Positions 58,511-64,000 of a stretch of 64,000 nucleotides of DNA are shown here, piece by piece; position 1 is the first letter of the stretch; each line of letters opens with the position of its first letter. The stretch lies in IMG/VR virus record IMGVR_UViG_3300006167_000001. The stretch is one strand, 5' to 3'. A program made the position numbers and the translations under genes. The DNA comes from a virus (taxonomy: Duplodnaviria > Heunggongvirae > Uroviricota > Caudoviricetes). Below the pieces are notes generated by a model. That model worked only from the letters and a program-made list of their open reading frames with translations, did no database searches and had not been told where the DNA came from.

Positions 58511-59560
58511 ATGGGTATGGAGCTGGATATTTTGCGTGGATGTGAGATAGCCCCTGTTGATGAGACTATTGATTTGGATAACGTCCAAAAATTTATCAAG
58601 CTGGAACCTACACAAGGACAGAAAATGCAGATTAGTGCTCTCATGAATCAACTTCCGGCTTTGATTGGGGTAAGTACCTTGTCAAAAACTATGATGCTTA
58701 GGTTTCCAGAAGGTGTCCAGGGCACTTTGATGCAATTGAAGAGCAATGGCGGCTACACAACTACGCTTAAAAGTTTGGAGACCGGAAAAATTACGGGGAC
58801 TGCTTGGTTGGAGTCCGCAACTCCGCAAGCAATCTGTCTCGGTGCATTTACTGCGATGTCTGTTATCTCTGGACAATATTTTCTCTCGCAAATTAACAGT
58901 AGTCTGACCCAGATTTCTTCCGGTCTTGACAAGATTCTCGAATTTCTCTATGGAGACAAGCGGGCCGAGCTTCTGTCTGAGGTCAGTTTCATCCGATTCG
59001 CTTATAAAAACTATAAATCTGTTATGGAACACAGCGAACAAAGAATTGCTACTCTTATTAGTTTACAGAATGCTAAAAAGGTTGCCATGAAGGATATTGA
59101 GTTTTATTTGTCTGACCTGGTTTCTACTATTGTTGATAAAAAGAGTAACGACGTCCAAACCATTGCTCCTAAAATGGTCCGAACCAAGGAATGTCTCGAC
59201 CTTTCATTGCAGCTCTACACAATGAGCAACCTACTGGAGGTCTACTACTCCGAGAACTATGACCCCAATTATATTTCATTCGTGCAGTCAGAAACATCTG
59301 GCTACATTGATAAATGCGAGAAACGATCTCTCAAATGTTTTGGGCAACTGCAACCGCTTCTTGCTGGGGCCAAAGAAGGTTTCTTTGCAAAAATCAATAA
59401 GGCCGAGTATATTCAAAAGGTTGATAGTATTGTGGCGGAGTTGGAAGCAACCAATAGTTCTCCCCTTCAGACTACACTTCAGACCGCGCTGGATGAAACA
59501 AGCAAAGAAAAGCAGTATTATTTGAACCAAGATGGCGCTGTATATTTGAAAACGGCGTAA
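58511..59560 (+). CDS. hypothetical protein with one TM (low-GC island)
   Basis: 350 aa, ~41% GC. Upstream extended -10 TGATATACT. Confidence 0.5.
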   Translation: MGMELDILRGCEIAPVDETIDLDNVQKFIKLEPTQGQKMQISALMNQLPALIGVSTLSKTMMLRFPEGVQGTLMQLKSNGGYTTTLKSLETGKITGTAWLESATPQAICLGAFTAMSVISGQYFLSQINSSLTQISSGLDKILEFLYGDKRAELLSEVSFIRFAYKNYKSVMEHSEQRIATLISLQNAKKVAMKDIEFYLSDLVSTIVDKKSNDVQTIAPKMVRTKECLDLSLQLYTMSNLLEVYYSENYDPNYISFVQSETSGYIDKCEKRSLKCFGQLQPLLAGAKEGFFAKINKAEYIQKVDSIVAELEATNSSPLQTTLQTALDETSKEKQYYLNQDGAVYLKTA

Positions 59561-59961
59561 CCAGGAGGTGAAATATTATGGCCTCTAAAAAATCGAATGG
59601 CGGAAGGAAGGCCATTGCTCCTTCTGTGATATCTGCCTTGACAATAGCCCCGGCCATAATCAAAGCGATTGAGGAGCTAATGGATAAGTTTCCCCTTCTA
59701 TGATTGCCTGAACCTGTTGACAGATGGAACAGAAGTAGATATCAAAGGCTATCTTTCTTCTGAAGACACAGCATTCGCAATGAAGGTAAAAGAGTCGATG
59801 GAACGATCTTAACCCCTCCTGCCAAAATTATATTTTCAGAACAGAGACGCCGATTATGACGTCTCTGTTTTTCTTTCCGCCAAAAAAACAGACTCTTTTA
59901 TGGAGAGAAGAGGGAATGTGTCAAACTTTTTCTGTTATTTCTGTTGAAAGGAGGCCTTTTC

Positions 59962-60279
59962 ATGGCCAGGAGTTCCCGCTTGGAGAGTGGTTTTCAGGAC
60001 CGGCTCATCAATAAACTCAAAGATCTCTTTCCTGGGTGCATGGTCTTCAAGATGGACCAGATCCAGGGCATTCCCGACCTGCTTGTCCTCTACAAGAATA
60101 AATGGGCCTCCCTGGAATGCAAGAGGTCTGCGGGGGCAAAGAGACAGCCGAACCAAGAATACTACGTCGGGAAGATGAATGAGATGTCTTTCTCTCGTTT
60201 TGTCTCCCCCGAGAACAAGGAGGAAGTGCTCAATGAGCTCCAGCAGGTCTTTGCAGAAAAGGAGGACGATGAATTGTGA
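59962..60279 (+). CDS. PD-(D/E)xK nuclease (VRR-NUC-like)
   Basis: GIPDLLVLYKNKWASLECKR gives D...E.K. Confidence 0.5.
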   Translation: MARSSRLESGFQDRLINKLKDLFPGCMVFKMDQIQGIPDLLVLYKNKWASLECKRSAGAKRQPNQEYYVGKMNEMSFSRFVSPENKEEVLNELQQVFAEKEDDEL

Positions 60280-60839
60280 CCTTTAGCTTTAACCGTCATC
60301 CGAATTTGGAAGGTCAGCACGCCTTCCTCAGCGCAAGCAACTATCACTGGATCAATTACAGCGAGGACAAGGTTGAGGAAACCTACTCCAGATGGAGAGC
60401 TACTCAAAAGGGAACCAAACTTCACGCATTCGCTGCTGATTGCATCCGCCTCGGGCAGAAGTTGCCCAGATCGAAGCAGACACTGAATATGTATGTCAAC
60501 GATGCCATAGGCTTCAAGATGACACCGGAACAGATCCTATACTATTCACCCAACTGCTTCGGAACGGCTGACGCAATTATATTCCGGAACGACTTTCTCC
60601 GCATCCACGATTTGAAGACCGGAGAAACGCCGGCCAAGATGGAGCAGCTGATGATTTATGCGGCGCTCTTCTGTCTGGAGTATGGTATCAAACCCAGCGA
60701 GATCGGGATGGAACTTCGTATTTACCAGAATGATAAAGTTCTCTGCCACAACGCCACTGTGGAAGACATCTTCCCGATCATGGACCGTATCATCACATTC
60801 GACAAAATCATCAACAGAATGAGGGAACAGGAGGGGTAA
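60276..60839 (+). CDS. PD-(D/E)xK-like nuclease family protein
   Basis: GTADAIIFRNDFLRIHDLKTG. Confidence 0.45.
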   Translation: MTFSFNRHPNLEGQHAFLSASNYHWINYSEDKVEETYSRWRATQKGTKLHAFAADCIRLGQKLPRSKQTLNMYVNDAIGFKMTPEQILYYSPNCFGTADAIIFRNDFLRIHDLKTGETPAKMEQLMIYAALFCLEYGIKPSEIGMELRIYQNDKVLCHNATVEDIFPIMDRIITFDKIINRMREQEG

Positions 60840-60842
60840 AGC

Positions 60843-63560
60843 ATGAATCCGATTCAGGACGATGACATCCTGATGCACTATGGCGTCAAAAGACGTTCTG
60901 GGCGCTATCCGTGGGGTTCCGGCGACAACCCCTTCCAGCATGGCGGCGACTTCCTCAGCCGCGTCGAGGAGCTTCAGGCCCAGGGCAAGGCTGAAAAAGA
61001 GATTGCCGATGAGCTGAAGATGTCTACGACGGATCTGCGGATGCAGGTTCGGGTGGCGAAGCATGAGCGGCGTATGGTTCTGGCCGACCGGGCGAAATCT
61101 TTGAGAGAAGAGGGTAAGACCCTTGACGAGATCGCTAAAATCATGGGTTACAACAACGACTCCTCGGTTCGGGCCCTTCTCAATGAGAACACCGCCTCCA
61201 ACAAAAATAAAGCGCGGCAGACTGCGGAACGGTTGAAGCAGGAGCTTGCAGAAAAAGGCGCCCTTGATGTTGGCACCGGGGCTGAGCGTGAGCTTGGCGT
61301 TTCCAGCGGTGTCCTTCAGGAGGCGCTTTTCATTTTGGAAACCGAAGGGTATAACCGATTCGGCGTTGGTGTTCCTCAGGTCAACAATCCGAAGAACCGC
61401 ACCATTACGCCAGTTATATCCGTACCGGACATTGACCAGCGTCAGGTTTATCAAGACCTCGCTTTGGTCAAGTCCGTCGGAGAATATCACAGCACTGACG
61501 GCGGAGAGTCCTGGGATAAGCGAGAATACCCGGCCAGTATCGGCTCTGACCGGGTAAAAATCCGCTATGCCGAGGAAGGTGGCCTTGGGAAGGACGGCGT
61601 TATCGAGCTTCGTAGAGGCGTTGCTGATTTGGACTTGGGCGCTTCCCACTATGCTCAGGTCCGAATAATGGTTGATGGAACCCACTATCTTAAGGGTATG
61701 GCCATGTACTCCGATGACATGCCGGATGGTGCAGACATTATATTTAACACCAATAAACGATCCGGAACCCCGAAGATGGATGTTCTGAAAAAGATCCAGG
61801 ATGACCCGGACAATCCCTTCGGGGCGTTTATCAAAGCGAATGGTCAAAGCTACTACCCCGATCCTAATGGTAAGTACATCGACCCTGAGACTGGAGAGAG
61901 GCGGTCGTTATCGGCAATCAACAAATTAAAAGAAGAGGGAGACTGGGATAGGATGAGTAAAAACTTATCTTCTCAGTTTCTTTCTAAGCAGCCCATCAAG
62001 CTGATTCAGACCCAGTTGGACTTGACCTATGCGGATGCGGCGGATGAGTTTGCCGAAATCTGCTCTCTGACCAACCCTACTGTGAAGAAGAAGCTGTTGA
62101 TGGACTTCGCCGACGAATGCGACTCCGCCGTCGTCCACCTGAAGGCCGCGGCACTCCCCCGCCAGAGCACCCAAGTTATCTTGCCGCTCACGGCGATGAA
62201 GGAAACCGAAATCTACGCCCCTAACTACAGGGACGGCGAGAAGGTTGCCCTTGTTCGGTACCCCCATGGCGGAACATTTGAGATTCCCATCCTGACTGTC
62301 AACAACAAGAACAAGTCAGCTATTTCTATTTTGGGCCCCCGGACTCGGGATGCGGTAGGTATCAATGCCAAGGTTGCGGAACGGCTCTCCGGTGCGGACT
62401 TTGATGGCGACCAAGTCGTTGTCATTCCTACCGGCGGGAGGGTCAACATAAAATCGACCCCCGCCCTTGCCGGATTGAAGGACTTCGACGCCAAAGTTGA
62501 ATACTCCACCGAAGGCAAGACCGGTATCCGGCTTCTCTCAAAAGAGGCCACCCAGATAGAGATGGGGAAGATTTCCAATCTCATCACCGATATGACGCTA
62601 AAAGGGGCCCCCGAGAGCGACATCGTGAAGGCCGTCAAGCACAGCATGGTGGTCATCGACGCCGCCAAGCACAAGTTGGACTACAAACGGTCCGAGCAGG
62701 AGAACGACATCTCCACCCTCCGTAAGAAGTGGCAGGGCTACATTGACGAGGCCGGCAAGGAGAGAGGCGGCGCTTCTACTCTGCTGTCTCGCCGCAAGCA
62801 GGACGTTGAGGTTCCTGAGCGCCAGGGCAGCGGCCGTATCGACAAACAGACCGGCAAGGTCGTCTACAAGGAGTCCGGCCGTACTTATCTCGACAAGAAT
62901 GGAAGAGAAGTTCAGGCCACGACCAAAATCAAGCTGCTGGACAAGACCGAAGACATTCGGACATTGTCTTCCGGCACCTTGGTTGAGGATGCCTATGCTG
63001 ACTACGCCAACAAGATGAAAGCTCTGGCCAACAAAGCAAGGCTGGAATACGTTGCGACGCCGACTTTGGCGCGCTCTGCCAGTGCTGCCAAGACTTATCA
63101 GCCTGAGGTGGATCGTCTTACTTCGGCGCTCCGTCTTGCTCAGCTCAACGCTCCTCGTGAGAGAGAGGCTCAGCGCATCGCCAACGCCCGTGTCAAGGCG
63201 AAGATTGAAGCCAACAACATCACCGACAAAGATGAGATCTCCAAGATTCGCAGAGCTGCTATCAGCGACGCTCGTGTTGAGACTGGCGCAAGCGGCAAAG
63301 GAACTCGTATCTCTATCAGCGACGGTGAATGGGAAGCGATTCAAGCTGGCGCAATCTCTGACACAACATTGAAAGAGATCCTGCGATATGCCGACTCTGA
63401 CGTCGTCCGTGAACGCGCTACACCAAGAACAAGAACTGAGGTTTCCGAAGCTCGGGCAAACAGAATCAGAGCAATGGCGAATTCTGGTCATACAAATGCC
63501 GAAATCGCTGACGCTTTGAACCTTTCGCCTTCTGCTGTGTCGAGAATTCTCAATGAATGA
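60843..63560 (+). CDS. candidate single-chain RNA polymerase related to multisubunit RNAP beta' (YonO-like), with N- and C-terminal HTH modules
   Basis: VALVRYPHGGTFEIPIL...GADFDGDQVVVIP aligns with beta' ...NRAPTLHRLGIQAFEPVL...NADFDGDQMAVHVP. HTH-like EIAKIMGYNNDSSVRALLNE (N-terminal) and NAEIADALNLSPSAVSRILNE (C-terminal). Confidence 0.5.
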   Translation: MNPIQDDDILMHYGVKRRSGRYPWGSGDNPFQHGGDFLSRVEELQAQGKAEKEIADELKMSTTDLRMQVRVAKHERRMVLADRAKSLREEGKTLDEIAKIMGYNNDSSVRALLNENTASNKNKARQTAERLKQELAEKGALDVGTGAERELGVSSGVLQEALFILETEGYNRFGVGVPQVNNPKNRTITPVISVPDIDQRQVYQDLALVKSVGEYHSTDGGESWDKREYPASIGSDRVKIRYAEEGGLGKDGVIELRRGVADLDLGASHYAQVRIMVDGTHYLKGMAMYSDDMPDGADIIFNTNKRSGTPKMDVLKKIQDDPDNPFGAFIKANGQSYYPDPNGKYIDPETGERRSLSAINKLKEEGDWDRMSKNLSSQFLSKQPIKLIQTQLDLTYADAADEFAEICSLTNPTVKKKLLMDFADECDSAVVHLKAAALPRQSTQVILPLTAMKETEIYAPNYRDGEKVALVRYPHGGTFEIPILTVNNKNKSAISILGPRTRDAVGINAKVAERLSGADFDGDQVVVIPTGGRVNIKSTPALAGLKDFDAKVEYSTEGKTGIRLLSKEATQIEMGKISNLITDMTLKGAPESDIVKAVKHSMVVIDAAKHKLDYKRSEQENDISTLRKKWQGYIDEAGKERGGASTLLSRRKQDVEVPERQGSGRIDKQTGKVVYKESGRTYLDKNGREVQATTKIKLLDKTEDIRTLSSGTLVEDAYADYANKMKALANKARLEYVATPTLARSASAAKTYQPEVDRLTSALRLAQLNAPREREAQRIANARVKAKIEANNITDKDEISKIRRAAISDARVETGASGKGTRISISDGEWEAIQAGAISDTTLKEILRYADSDVVRERATPRTRTEVSEARANRIRAMANSGHTNAEIADALNLSPSAVSRILNE

Positions 63561-63576
63561 AAGGAAGTGAGAGCGA

Positions 63577-63840
63577 ATGGCTCGTTGCGCTTTGACGACA
63601 ATCGATAATCCCTATGACCCTTTTACCCAATTCGACGCCTGGTTCCAGTTCGATGAGGGCAAAGGCTACCATTCCTGTGCCTATTTGGCGCGTATCGCTC
63701 GTACTTCCGATCAGCTCTCCGGCGCTGAGAACGAACAGGAAATCGAGCGTGCCATTGATGACATCATCAAGTACAATCCCCTCGGTATCTATAAAAAAGT
63801 CAAGACAACTGCTCAGCCTGAACCTGCGGTGACAGCCTAA
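63577..63840 (+). CDS. hypothetical protein
   Basis: 87 aa. RBS GAAAGGAAGTGAGAGCGA. Confidence 0.45.
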   Translation: MARCALTTIDNPYDPFTQFDAWFQFDEGKGYHSCAYLARIARTSDQLSGAENEQEIERAIDDIIKYNPLGIYKKVKTTAQPEPAVTA

Positions 63841-64000
63841 ACGGGTGCTTCCACCCTTGAAAATGAGGCGACTTCGCTTTAGTTGGTCGCTTTGTCTCGT
63901 CTTTTGCCGAAATCATTAACAGAATTGGTGTTTAGGCGGGTAGACTCGAAGATTTTCAAGGGTATAGGGGGTACCCGTGAAAACCACACCCCCTGTGCAT

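Noticed and set aside
62380-62420. ADFDGDQ as a TOPRIM (DnaG-like DxD) motif instead of the RNAP active site
   Set aside because: TOPRIM has (Y/F)DGD(R)AG preceded ~40 aa upstream by a conserved Glu in a beta-strand. Here the 7-mer and the upstream R-x-P...FE-x-P-hydrophobic pattern match beta' specifically. Kept as the main alternative in would_refute.

Overview
This window looks like a ~64 kb stretch of a large tailed phage or prophage from a low-to-moderate-GC Firmicutes (Clostridia-like) host.

Gene content and layout:
- A tyrosine integrase with an N-terminal zinc ribbon sits on the minus strand at 1070-2305. It is followed by a ~17 kb array of small plus-strand cassettes, including a Bro-N antirepressor and a tRNA-Phe-like element.
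- A replication module follows, with a 1380-aa SF3-helicase/AEP-PrimPol/phi29-like PolB fusion, an SNF2-like helicase and an ATP-dependent DNA ligase.
- A nucleotide-metabolism module carries a PurA/PurZ-like adenylosuccinate synthetase homologue, HD-domain hydrolase, MazG-like pyrophosphatase, anaerobic RNR NrdD/NrdG, a CYTH domain protein, ADP-ribosylglycohydrolase and a ThyX-fold-like protein.
- The right-hand region has an iteron-rich, AT-rich putative origin, a low-GC island with PD-(D/E)xK nucleases, and a 905-aa protein carrying the multisubunit-RNAP beta' catalytic motif ADFDGDQ (YonO-like single-chain RNAP candidate).
- No capsid, portal, terminase or tail genes occur in the window, so the element extends beyond it.
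- Many minus-strand ORFs in the six-frame track that overlap long plus-strand genes are spurious.

Features that stand out:
- Two families of conserved intergenic modules punctuate nearly every gene: hairpin terminators, often with the stop codon in the loop, followed by conserved promoter/RBS-like motifs.
- Three 9-11 nt poly-G tracts occur, two of them breaking reading frames (a Dam-like MTase and a 220-aa gene).
- The PurZ/DatZ/MazZ-like trio suggests a possible 2-aminoadenine (Z) genome.
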